DNA of 63,955 nucleotides, filler included, from Piptocephalis cylindrospora (taxonomy: Eukaryota): the NCBI GenBank assembly GCA_003614145.1. It is 3 parts of 3 records of this genome, joined end to end, with 100 filler letters (N's around TTAATTAATTAA, not from the genome) between each part and the next. Parts side by side here need not be neighbours in the genome. Positions count along the whole stretch, not along the records: positions 1 to 24,883 come from KZ987782.1; 2 more parts are not named here. One strand, 5' to 3'. This document shows, one piece after another, positions 12,608-24,118 of the stretch. The first letter of the stretch is position 1. Every line of letters begins with the position of its first letter. Under the pieces are notes generated by a model. That model did no database searches and had not been told where the DNA came from. It was given only the letters and a program-made list of their open reading frames with translations. A program made the position numbers and the translations under genes.

Positions 12608-13999
12608 TCATGATGAGGCGGTAGTGACGTCTTCCTTGGTGGAAGAAGAGGTTTTGGGCTTGGGGGACGACGTAGCAAATTGCCATTGCCGGCCCTCGCC
12701 ATCCGAGGCAGAGAGCTTGCCGGTATCCGTGGAGAGCGCCGGTTTGCTGGTATCCAGGGCCATACCCGTGTTGACTCCATTTGCTGGGAACATGGAGAAA
12801 AATGGATTGGCCATAGGGAGTGTGGGCGTAGAGGGAGGAGATGATCCGGGGGTGGAAGCAGGAGTCGATCCCGGAGTAGAGGCAGGTGTGGAAGCAGAGG
12901 CTAGATTGGCCGCAGCAGAAGAAGAGCCACCCGTGGAAGCATGTCCAGCAAGAGATCCACCGCCGGGAATACCACCTCCGGAACTGACTGGGGCATCCTT
13001 CTTGACCGGCGTTGACTCGGTCTTGGGAGCGATGGGGGCTGGCTCGACCTTGGGAGCGACGGGGGCGTCCTTCTTGGCTGGGGCGGACTCGGTCTTGGGG
13101 GTCGATGAGGTTGACTTGGACGCGGAAGAGAGTGGCTTGGGCGTATGAGCCTCCGGTTTGGAAGTGGAGACACGAAAAGCTCCGTTCCCCTCAAGGCTGT
13201 CTGGTGTCGGGCTTTTCTCAACAGCGGGGGACGACTGATGAGCGGAATAAGCCTGGACGCCGGAAACAACAAGACCACCACCTGTAACCAACAGTGTCGC
13301 CCCGTTGAGCAGCTGATCCCTGCTTATCCCGCTCTTGATTACTTCCCCACCACCCGTAGCAAGGTGGGCAGCAGTACTCCCACCAGAGAGATGAGCAGCA
13401 GAGGCTCCGCCACCCGTGAGATGAGCAGCAGAGGCTCCACCACCCGTGAGATGAGCAGCAGAGGCTCCGCCACTGGAGATGTGGGGGGCCGAACCATGGG
13501 GAATATGGGAAGATCCGGCTAGGTTCTTTGCCGCGCTTCCCGTCATCGTGCTGGCGATTTTCGAGCTTGCCTTCTTCCCACCAAAGCCAAACATCCTCTT
13601 CCACCAGGGGGCCGAGACTCCCTTGCTCGCCGAGCGCACCGCCGACGTCTCAAGCGATCGTACTGCACTTTTCTCTGCCTCCCGGAGCGCCGCGTTCTCC
13701 ACCGATAGCGTGGCTGATGCCGCCTTTGCTGATCCAGATTTGGTGAACCATTTGGCGAAAGACCCCAAGAACTTTGGAGCAGACAAGGGAGCTGCCATGG
13801 AGGGCTGAGGACAGAGACAGATGCTAAGGGAGACCATGACAACAAAGAGGAGCCAAAAGGACCCAAGGGATGGCCGTCGGTGGGATCTAGATGGGGCACA
13901 TAGGATCCGCGTAGGGAATGGGTAGGAAGAGGAGGGGAATGAAGAGGAAGCGACAGGAATGAACTCTTGAATGGGGAGGTGGAGGAGGCGGTAGGGCAT
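12608..13999 (-). CDS. Ser/Ala/Gly/Pro-rich putative secreted or surface protein with internal repeats
   Basis: Long intronless ORF. Hydrophobic segment FWLLFVVMVSLSICLC followed by SMA-AP (possible cleavage site). Repeats ASAAHL(T/S)GGG, KKDAPV and STP(A/G). Start codon uncertain. Confidence 0.65.
   Translation of the reverse strand: MPYRLLHLPIQEFIPVASSSFPSSSYPFPTRILCAPSRSHRRPSLGSFWLLFVVMVSLSICLCPQPSMAAPLSAPKFLGSFAKWFTKSGSAKAASATLSVENAALREAEKSAVRSLETSAVRSASKGVSAPWWKRMFGFGGKKASSKIASTMTGSAAKNLAGSSHIPHGSAPHISSGGASAAHLTGGGASAAHLTGGGASAAHLSGGSTAAHLATGGGEVIKSGISRDQLLNGATLLVTGGGLVVSGVQAYSAHQSSPAVEKSPTPDSLEGNGAFRVSTSKPEAHTPKPLSSASKSTSSTPKTESAPAKKDAPVAPKVEPAPIAPKTESTPVKKDAPVSSGGGIPGGGSLAGHASTGGSSSAAANLASASTPASTPGSTPASTPGSSPPSTPTLPMANPFFSMFPANGVNTGMALDTSKPALSTDTGKLSASDGEGRQWQFATSSPKPKTSSSTKEDVTTASS
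13381..13470. repeat. 30-bp coding tandem repeat, 3 copies
   Basis: cacc(c/a)g(t/a)gagatgagcagcagaggctcc(g/a)c repeated three times; encodes GASAAHL(T/S)GG on the minus strand. Confidence 0.9.
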
Positions 14000-15416
14000 G
14001 AAGGGGAATAGGGAGGAATGATAGATACTGACAGGGGCAGGCGATAGGTTAGAAGGGCTTCCCCGTGCCAAGTAAAAAAAGGAGAGTAGTTGGTTCGGGG
14101 GAAGGGTATTCAAGTGGAGAGCGTGAAGGGGGATTTGTTCGTTCACGGTAATGTCGGGAAATGGAATTGGAGGAATCGACAGAACCACGGAGCCTAGAGA
14201 GGAGGAGGATGAGGGTGATGGTGTTCAATCCAGGCTGAAGAGAGAACTACTAGGGGGACCTGGGAAAAGTATGTTCGATGGGATCCACCGTGCGTGTTAA
14301 GGAAAAGGAATACGTCGAGACACCAGTACCAATCGGAGGGAAGAAGGGAGGGAGGGAGGGGAGAGGAATATAGTAATTCCGATATCGTTTCGCGAGGGAG
14401 GATGGAGGGAGGGGAGAAGAGAAGAACGCTTGTTGCAGCTGTACTACTCCAAGAACAGGTCAGTTTGCTTAGGGAATCAATGGACTGAGAGGGGTCCACC
14501 AGGTGAGAATCCAAAAGAGGAGAGCTAGGGTGCTGGACAGTATGAAAGGCTTGGCAAACGTCACAGGTCCACGATAAGCTAGTATTAGGGATTGAGCAGC
14601 CAACAAGAAGGGGAGGAGGACGTTCAACGAAGGAAAGAGAGATGAGGAAGACGTGAGAGACGGGGGAGGAAGGAGAAGAAATGTGAAGAGAGAAAAGAAG
14701 AAGGACGTGAGGTGCGAAGGGGGCGTGGCTAGGGAAAGAGTTGTCTTGAAAGCAAAGGAGGGAGGGAGGGAAAGAGGGAGGCGGAGGACACGAAAAGAAG
14801 AAAGGGGAGATAGGGAAGGAGGGAAGGAAAGGACGAGCTCTATACGAGGAATGGCGAGATAGGCTCCTTCTAAGCCCATCGCTCCACCTTCCACTCAACC
14901 TGTCCCGTATCTCCATCTGCCACTCCGCGAATAACTAGGCCAAGCCCTGGTGCATGGTCATGAATGCAAGTGAAGAGCGGACCTGGGTGCTTCCCACTTG
15001 GCCACTGATATACACGGAGGACTGCGGAGTTGAATATAGTCTTATCCAGCCAACTCCGATAAGCTAGTCGTCTTTTTTCATCGTAGCGGACTTGAATTTT
15101 CGTGGTGGCGGGCCTTGAAACCTTTTCTGTGTGGCATTCAGCATGAGGAAGGAGAGTAAAAAGCGGCATGAGGGAGGGGGGAATCAATGAAACATAAGAA
15201 AAGGAGATATAGGGGAAGTGCACATGTCGGTCTAGGACGAGGTTGGGATGGTTGGGATTAGGGCAGAGGAAGAGCGTTAAACGACCATGCAATCTATTCA
15301 TTCTATATTCCATCTCTCACCTCAAAACCTACAGACATTACTGGTCAGATCCAGGACATGCTCTTGTTGGGGAAGGGTTTATCCAAACATCCCAGAAGCC
15401 CGAGACTCTAAGGGAT

Positions 15417-16451
15417 TTACGTTGACTGAGACAGTACCTGGAATATATGGTCGCTTCCTTTTTTAAGGATGTTTCGCAGAGCTTTAAGCGACTCATAGGC
15501 AACCTCGATCATTTTAATTGACCTCTCCTTGACTTCGCCAAATATCCCCCTGAAGTTTTTCCAAGGCTTATCATCGTAGGGACAGCTGGGTTTGGGTTCT
15601 TGAAGGCTTTTGATCAAACCGGTTAGGGGCTCTTGCAATTCGGCACCATTAAAGGAGGGGTCTTTATGGGAATCACTGAACATTTTCAAGTCCTCGAGAA
15701 CGGGGATAGAGCTGAGGTCCCTCGGATCCAAATTAGGCTTCTCTTTCAGGCGAGTCCAATGGATTTCCTCACAACTGAGGGAGACTTTACTGGATACGCG
15801 GAGGATTGTCAGAATATGATAGAGGAAGGGGAGGGTTGCCAAGGGTTTTCGAGCTGGTAAGAAATGACGATAACGGAACTGATTTGTTACCGCTACAGCT
15901 AACAATGCTTTAGGGTCATCAGCTTTACCGATTCTAAGCAACTTAGTGAAATCTTCGCCTTTTGCGGAATCCTTGAGTGAAGTATCGACTTCACCAGCAA
16001 AATTAAGCACTCGAACGTCGGCCACGGCATCAGAGAACATTGGGAGGATACGGAAGGAGCGGTGCACTTTGCTGATTGTGCTATCAATCGACTCAATGAG
16101 CGTGGCCCTGATGAGGGGATATTTCAAGCCCTTGATAAGATTGCTCATCGGCTCTAATTGCTTGTCCATACGAAGGACAATGCGATCGGCTACATTTCTC
16201 CATTGTGTCAGTTGCTTTTTTTCTTTCGGTTTCCAATGGCGGCTTTGGGGGTTCTTGTTTAAAAACAGGTGGGGTAGGGCTTTGTTGATGCTTTTTGTGA
16301 CCTTAGTCAGTTCTTGAATGTCCTCAGCAATCAGAAGGTCATTACTGTTATCACGGGGGTTTTTTCGGGAATTTTGAAATGGGTTCCAAGGCATTGACAC
16401 GGAGGACGAGGCCAGGGCTAGAATGAGGATAGTAGGAAGGGGGAGAATCAT
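15417..16451 (-). CDS. Secreted orphan protein, 344 aa (paralog A)
   Basis: Intronless ORF with signal-peptide-like MILPLPTILILALASSSVS; colinear similarity to the ORF at 18419-19459. Confidence 0.85.
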   Translation of the reverse strand: MILPLPTILILALASSSVSMPWNPFQNSRKNPRDNSNDLLIAEDIQELTKVTKSINKALPHLFLNKNPQSRHWKPKEKKQLTQWRNVADRIVLRMDKQLEPMSNLIKGLKYPLIRATLIESIDSTISKVHRSFRILPMFSDAVADVRVLNFAGEVDTSLKDSAKGEDFTKLLRIGKADDPKALLAVAVTNQFRYRHFLPARKPLATLPFLYHILTILRVSSKVSLSCEEIHWTRLKEKPNLDPRDLSSIPVLEDLKMFSDSHKDPSFNGAELQEPLTGLIKSLQEPKPSCPYDDKPWKNFRGIFGEVKERSIKMIEVAYESLKALRNILKKGSDHIFQVLSQST

Positions 16452-18418
16452 GGTGGGAGCGCTAAGGTTGAGTGGCGTGAACTTATTTGAAAAAGGAGGG
16501 AGGGGAGGGGAACGAAGGGAAGGGTATCCAAATACGAAAGCAGGATGTGAAGATAAAGAGGCGAGTGGAGTTGCAGTGTCGTCAAGCGGATTGAAAAGGA
16601 GAAAAGGGATGGACGGGTCGAGGCTTAGATAGTGTTTCTAAAGGTAGAGCAGGATGTCCCCTATTTATGTCAATCAGTCGTTGGGCTGGGCTTTATCAGT
16701 CGACCAGAACGTATTCATAGTCATTTGCTTGGTCTCAGGATTTCCAGGTTATTCCCCAAAGAGGGGACCTTTTAAGATTGAATTGTGCTGGCCTTCAGCT
16801 TTCTAACCCCACCCCTTCTACAGTATTGGCTAGGTTAGCATGGCTAGCTGAGATCTCCGCTCACTTTATCTCTCCTCAGCTGTCTCGTGGTATCATTGGC
16901 CCATCTGTAAGCGAAGTGTGGTGTTCAACAGATGACAAAACGGAGAAACGCTCAATGGTTGAAGGTGATGCACATGTATAGTTTCTGGTAGCGGCCCTGG
17001 TCCATCTGGCCTTTTTCTTAGCATGGTTGCTTAATCACGATCTACTGTCAGATAGAACCGTCCTTTCTTCGTGCTTGGAAGCATCTTTGGAAGGGAGGCA
17101 GTACATGGAAAGGATAGCTTAGTGAGTGTCAGAGGCTGGGGACTAATCGATGGAGTTTGAATTTCTACTTTTTAACTGCATGGGTATGGCAATATAAAAT
17201 AGGATACAAAGCCAAGTCGTAATGGATCCTCTGTATGACCACTGACACGGTTGTCAGCAGAGCGATGTTTTACAGCTAGGAGGCATACGTTTATCCGGCG
17301 TCTAGTATCACTTTTAGTCGACCTAAGACTTCCCTCTAGCATAAATGCCCGACCACGACATACTACTACCTGATGAAACCCAGTGCTCTTCGCCGCTTTG
17401 CATCTGTAACATGAAAAGTCATATAGGGAGAGGAATGAGCAAAATTTAGAGGTGAAGAATAGTACATGTATGACTTGGGTCCCTGCCGTGAAAGTTGGCG
17501 CAACAACATGTAGTAGAACACGAGATTAAGTGATGAGTTGGTTGAGCCTGGGATCTTCTCGACTGCTACCACATCCACCACATCTGCACAAGGCTCGTTT
17601 AATATGGCCAAGCCCAGACTTTTTCATGGCCGCAAATGGAGATATAAGGTTGGTAGAGGGTAGAGCTGAAGACTAGTCGATCAACGTTGCGGAAGGAGTA
17701 AAGGTAAAAAGGGTCATTATGGTACGGCTTGGCCTGCACATTTTCCTATCACTCTTTATACTCTGCCGGGGCCCCTATTTCCAAGCGTGCCTGGAACCCA
17801 TTTCTCCTCCAATTCTGGAATACACGAGCTGGTCCTAACAGGACCGTCCCATACCAAAGGAAAAGATCAACTTGGCGCTTTCTTAGGAGACGCTTGATCC
17901 GATCGAATTGAACGATACAGGAATCCACTCACTGAAAACCCCACTCGATTGCACCGCCGGAGGTTAAAGTCCCTAGATCAAATGTGATTGCCTACGGCGC
18001 GAAGCATGAGAGAACGAAGAGTAGGGGGGAAAATTCATCCCAAAGCCACCTTTTTCCTTTTGTTCTTTCCAATTTCTCCACCTTTCCGATCCAGATAATA
18101 CCGAATAATCTCTAACCATCCAACTATACTTGCCGGCCATTGAGGCGGGTATTGTGTTCGGATGTCCATTTAGCCCACCCCACTAAGGGGGAAATATAAC
18201 GGTTTCATCATCATCTATCCATTCATTGCTTTCTAGATACCGTCCCTCAATACATTATAGATTGCCCAACTCACGAATAGCGCGAAAAAGTAGGACCAAG
18301 CTTCATCGACGTCAAATTTATTATCAACTGTGTTTTTTACACAGGATAAATCGCAAAATATGGTCCACCATCACCACTTACGATGGCGCATGCCGGTCAA
18401 TAAATAGAATCTAGAGCA

Positions 18419-19459
18419 TCACACTTCTGTTTGAAGACTCTTAGAGACTCGTTCCAAGCCCTTTTCAAGAATGGGCATGATGTTGCGTAGGGCCTCCCGG
18501 GAATGTATAATCATATCGCTGATATCTGATTGAACTTGGGAAAGTAAACCCTTGACCCGGCGCAAAGCTATCGTGGGACAGGAAGGGATGGCGAACTTCA
18601 GGAAACGAGAAAGGGTTTTCAGGGACTTGGAAAGCTTTCCAGGTAAATTGCGATTCATTTCCATATAGGGATTGAATTGAGGCAGGAGTTCGAGAACGGA
18701 AACGGATTGGAGGCCTTCCTTGTGTAAATGAGCGTGTACTGCCTGACTGTGGAAAGGTCCCTCTTGGCACCTGAGGGACACTTCATTGGTCAGGCGGAGG
18801 ATATTCAGAAGGTGGTAAAGGAGAGGGAGGTATATCATGGGTCGCTGGATGCTAGACATCTTTGTGTATATGGAATCATCTACTGTCATTGCCTTTAACA
18901 ATGCCTTGGGATCGGTGGGGTCATTGCTGCTCGAGAAAGCTTCGATGAACCTTTCACCTACTGGGTGGCTGTTCATCGGATGACGTTTGATGAATCCAGC
19001 GGGATTAAGATCGTATATCCTTTTCATGGTGGTAGAAAAGACCCGAGTGACCGGGAGAGAGTGGTGAAGGCTAGTGATCAGGAGGTTCATGGAGGCAATA
19101 ACATCAGCCTTGGAGGCGACAGTATCAGGCTCGGGGACATGGTCCTTCGTTTTCTGTTGCAAGGCGTCCAGATCTTCCAGTCCTTTGTTGATCCGATCAA
19201 CGACTTGAATGGCCACAGTTTTCCATCGTCCCAGAGCCGTCTTCTCTTCCGGTTTCCAGTGGTGTGAAGAGTGGACCACAGAGGAGAATTGTGCCAGAAG
19301 AAGTTTGCTCTCGTCCGTTGCCCCGGACAATTCCTTGATCTCTGCATCATTTAAAAGGTCATAGGAGGTGTCACGGGGTCGTGGTGGTTTTGTGCGCTTG
19401 GACATTGACGACGAAATCAAGAAGAAGAGAAAGAAAAGAGTGGGAAGGGGGAGCATCAT
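18419..19459 (-). CDS. Secreted orphan protein, 346 aa (paralog B)
   Basis: Intronless ORF with signal-peptide-like MMLPLPTLFFLFFLISSSMS; shares PRD..DLL, HWKPxEK, DPKALL, LPxLYHxLxILR, VSLxC and PSCP with 15417-16451. Confidence 0.85.
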   Translation of the reverse strand: MMLPLPTLFFLFFLISSSMSKRTKPPRPRDTSYDLLNDAEIKELSGATDESKLLLAQFSSVVHSSHHWKPEEKTALGRWKTVAIQVVDRINKGLEDLDALQQKTKDHVPEPDTVASKADVIASMNLLITSLHHSLPVTRVFSTTMKRIYDLNPAGFIKRHPMNSHPVGERFIEAFSSSNDPTDPKALLKAMTVDDSIYTKMSSIQRPMIYLPLLYHLLNILRLTNEVSLRCQEGPFHSQAVHAHLHKEGLQSVSVLELLPQFNPYMEMNRNLPGKLSKSLKTLSRFLKFAIPSCPTIALRRVKGLLSQVQSDISDMIIHSREALRNIMPILEKGLERVSKSLQTEV

Positions 19460-20520
19460 CCTGAAGAAAAAGTAAAAGGTGTTGAGGCTAAAGGAACGTG
19501 TCTGGGCGTAAAGGCAGGGTATGGAAATGACGAGATGAGATAATCCTCAGGACTGATATTCAGACTGAAGAGGTAAGACGAGAAGGGCGGATTCTTGAAT
19601 GGACGGGCGGGCGGGTTTAGCATGGTTGGAAAAAACCCATAGCTTTTATCCTTCATGGCAATGCAGAAGAAAAGCCACGCCAAGAAGCGGCTACTGTGCA
19701 ATGGGGGGTTGGGGCTGATCCAAGGGCCGCTAACCATATCCGGCTAGCGTTGATCTTGTAGGACCAAATCCACGAGGTATCCTCCGCTATCACAGTGAAA
19801 AGTGAACACATTGTCCTTCCTGATAGGTTGGCCCGCTGCTACATGCGTGCTATGCAACTATCGATGCCTCTTTTTACTTTGTCAATGACCCTATGCCTTA
19901 GAACTCCCCTGTGTTCTGGCTTCTCTTGGAGCAGACAGCAGGATATTTTTTTTCTAGGTCATTCCAAGGGACTGGTGCGCTGACACAAGCTTCGTCACTA
20001 GCCCCTGAGCCAGCGTTGGCCGTCTTATTGGGAATTTGACTATTCATGAACGTGTTATTTCCCTCTACCAGGATATGGGACCGAGTATCAAAGCTCATAA
20101 GGCTGTTGAATAACTAAGACGAGTTGGGTTACCCCATGTCTAATCGTTTGCGCATGATCAAATTTAGGAGTGAGGGAGTGTCTTTGCTGTGGTTTCCACC
20201 GATCCCCCATCGCCTCTTCCACCCCGCTTTGAATGATGGTGGTTGGATCCTACCTGCTCCGACCGAACCAAGGACAACTAGTCCTTGTAGGATTATGTTG
20301 TCGGCGGGGGACGCCCCGTCTTATCCTCTGACGTACCAGTTGATCATGTTGCCACGTCCCCTCTCTACCTCCTGCCACCAGCATCCCTTTCTTCCCCTCT
20401 CTCTCTCCAGCATCATTGGAGATATCACATTGGACTTTTAGTGCTCTGCACTCTACTTTCTTTGCTGCTAGTGTCCTTTCCCCAAAGACTCCCACCTCCC
20501 GCTCAACACAATAGGCACGG

Positions 20521-23500
20521 ATGGACCCGGAGAGTCAAGCCCTGATAGAGGCCATCTTAGCCCAGGATGCTGCGGACGAGGAGATGGAGACGGGAAGGGT
20601 ACAAGCCGAGGAGGAATACTTGGTGGAGCACGACCCTGTCGCCCGCGAGCCCAAGCCATCTAGGAGTGGACGTGGCAAGCCTAGGGGCCGAGGCAAGAGG
20701 AACCTACACACCGACTCATCAAAAGTCACTTCCCATGGCCAAAGATGGCTGCCAGAAGAGGATGAAAAACTGGCCCGAGGGATTGTAAGTAGCTGAAATG
20801 AGATGGGTACTGTCAGAGACGTCACGTGGCGCGATGGACCCCATATCTCGATCATCTCACCATCCCCTCATGCATCTCCCATGCGAGTAGAAGATGTTTG
20901 GACATGGCAATTGGAGCGAAATTGCAGATTTTATGGGAACGCGTACGACGCGGCAGGTGAAGAATCATGCACGTCATCTCGAGGCCTATGACAAGCTCTC
21001 GGTACGTGATCTCTTATTCATTATAACTTCGAAAGGGTGCCTCAGATGGCTTTTGTAGGGCTACCCTTCTTAACTGGCCATACTCTTCCTATTCCCCCCT
21101 TCTATAAAGCCTTCACCTATGGAGGGTCCTCACGGTAGAGCGATGCGTGAAGAGGGTCCCCTAGAGGCTGAGTCCCAACCGGAAGCTGTAAGTTCTTTTC
21201 TCACTAGGTTTTGAATGTAAATTAAGTGCAGTGAGCCATCACATGGATCGGTAATTTTCATCTTATTTTAATCGACGGCCCTTGCTTTTCTCCCGAACGA
21301 CCCTGTAGAAGAAGGTGCAAAAGGGATATGCCATGAAGGCTGATAGGGTAGAGGACAGGGAGGTTGGTTCCGAGAAGATTGATCAACCATCACGGACAAG
21401 TCAGGGTAGATCTTCAATATCTATAGGCTCTCCCGGCTCATCAGAGCCTTCGGATATTGACGTCGACATCGATGAAGGACTTGATGACGATGGCATGTCC
21501 CATCAAGGAAATTCCCTCATGGTAAACATTGATCACGATATAACCCCAAGTACTGAGGATATTGTATCCTCTAGCGTCCATGATCCTTTGAGGAGTTCCT
21601 TCCTTGTGAACGAGAGCGGTGAGGAGGAAGAGGAAGAGGAGGAGGAGGGAATGGGATCCAAGGACGAAGCAGGTAATTTTCCTCCTCTATCATCGCTCCT
21701 AGTTCTGGTCCAAATGATTATCCCAGATTTTTCCTCGATAAGCAAAGTTTACTCATTCTCTGTCAATGCTATTCATAGAGAAACCGCATGTGAAGGATCC
21801 GAACTCAATTGCCTTATTGCCTCGTCACTCAACTTTACCTAAATATCATAATGGGGATGATGTATCGGATATGCCTCCTCCACGATTGCATCGCCCCCCT
21901 TCTCGGGAAGACTTGTCGACGGGCGTCAATAGGTTTGGATTGATCCCCGAGGTGGTCTTGGATGTTCCCGTTAGGCCTATATCATTGGATTCCTCCGCTA
22001 TCACGGACCAGGAACAAGTGGATAATCCTGAATGGTTTGTTGGGAGGCCCAAGCGTACTCCAGAAAGGTATATGGAAATCCGAAATGGAATCCTTGCGGC
22101 GTGGGCCTTCTACCAACCAGCGTACATGTCCAAGACTAGGGCCAGGAAGGGGATGAGGGGAGATGTAAACATTGTTGGGGAAATTTTCGATTATCTCGAA
22201 CGCATTGGTGCCATTAATACGGGCAAGGAGGCAGAAGGAAGACGACGAGCTCCCCCTCAACGATCTCACCTCCCCTGGGATTGGCAAAGATCAGAAAATG
22301 ATCGACGTGGAGCTAGGGAAGGATCCGAGGAACGTGAGGATGAGAATGTCATGGGTCGAGCCATGCAGGGGCACGAACTTGGGTAAGCGTAAAGTGGTGT
22401 CTGAGGGATAAAATGGAGTTGGAAAAACATAGCATTTACCACCCGTTCCCCTATTCCTTATTCATCCCCATTTCTCCAGACCCAGAAAGCGTAGGGTACG
22501 AGATAGCGAGGGAGAATGGGTAACCCAACGTGAGCTTGAAGGGCGAGTCATTCGGCATGAGGATCCATCCGAGGTAGCAATGAGAAAAGAGGCCGAAAAA
22601 CGTATGTTGTTTCCTTGAGTTACCATAGGATGGAAAGTTGGCGACTAATGACCTCTCTTGTCTTATTTGACTCTATTAGGCGCCAGATTAAGGAAACGCT
22701 CATATAGAAAGGTACCAGCCTTATCTCGTAAGTCTCCTTGGGAGTCATGAGAGACGGAATGCTGCTTTTTCTCTGGGCTATCGCCTGAGGCTGTCCTAAT
22801 CCTGCCACCTCTCTTTATAGGCGATTTTGACCTTATCACGCCCAAGCCATACGATTCTCCTGATCATAATACTCCCTTTCGCATTCGTTGTTCTCCCTTT
22901 GTTGCGGTAAGAGGTTGAAATAAGGGCTTTGGGGTAGTTTACCTCACACATACACTCCCACTCATCCGGTTGTATGCATAGGCGACCATCGATGTACATG
23001 CCCATCTAGTGAGCAATGAAATCATCGGCTTACTAAGTGGAGGTCTGGATGAATCCACCGGGACTCTTCACATCCGTGGTCTTTTTCCTTGCCAAGGGCT
23101 CAATACCTCGGGGATTCAGGTGGAAATGGATCCTGGGTCGGAGATGGAGGCCAGGGATGTCTTTGCTCATACCAAGCAAATTGCCGTGGGGTGGTACCAT
23201 TCCCATCCCATGTTTCGGCCTGATCCCTCAGTGAGGGATGTACAAACCCAGGCCAATTACCAAGTATGGAATTTCAAGGGATGATGGAGAGGGATTATGG
23301 CAATAAGACTCATTCTCTTTTTCCTATTAGTCCCTCTTTCAATCGGATCAAGGTGGGCCTTGTCCATTCGTCGGAGCCATCCTTCAGCCCTACGACCTGG
23401 ATGATCCCGAGGTACAGCCTTCAGAACTGTCATTTTTCATGGCTCAGCCTCCCGCAAAGGATGATGGGAAGCAGGAGCGTGAGTAATTGCATTGTATTAA

Positions 23501-24021
23501 TCATTTTTATAGATCCGCTTGCTGATCCCTTTTTCATCTACTATTAGATGTTCCGTACGCCTTGGAAGTGGCCTATTCCTTGACTGAGGGCGAGACCGAG
23601 GATATCTCCGAGCTCATTCATTCCTTTGGTGTACAAGTCCATAAACTTGCCTTACAATATGTTCAAGATGACAAGTAGGATGGCATGGGTAACTGTAGAC
23701 CATGGGATGCTTCTTTTTTACTCACCTCATCTCTTGCATTGGCCTAGTCTATTGGATCCTCGAGGCGCTTATCGAGCTAGAAAGCCTCAGACCCGCTGGG
23801 AGCATTTGATCATCTCGGTCAAGTCCATCTTGGCTCCTGTCCTCCAGGACGGCCCAGAGACTTTTATTGACCAGGTGGACCAAATCCTGTCGGATGCCCT
23901 TGCCCTTCTATCCCCTTCATCCAACTCCCCTACCCCTCCGACCCCTCCCGTTGGGTCGGCGGAGGTCCAGGCTGAGTCAGAGGCATCAGGTTCAACCAAC
24001 TCCACTTCATCAGTGATCTAA
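20521..24021 (+). CDS. MYSM1: MYSM1-like SANT/Myb + SWIRM + JAMM/MPN+ deubiquitinase (multi-exon)
   Basis: Myb: RWLPEEDEKLARGI|MFGHGNWSEIADFMGTRTTRQVKNHA. SWIRM: PEWFVGRPKRTPERYMEIRN...GDVNIVGEIFDYLERIGAIN. JAMM: HAHLVSNEIIGLL...VGWYHSHPMFRPDPSVRDVQTQ. Confidence 0.85.
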
Positions 24022-24118
24022 CTCATTCCTTTCACAGATCCACTGTATCAATACATATCTCCTATCTAAGAATGAGCGTATTTATATTGGATTTTACGTG
24101 TTAAGCAATATTATTTTT

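Noticed and set aside
14194..14916. 240-aa ORF upstream of the repeat protein
   Set aside because: Translation of a pyrimidine-rich promoter/UTR tract (S/P/L/F-rich), typical of non-coding DNA in this genome.
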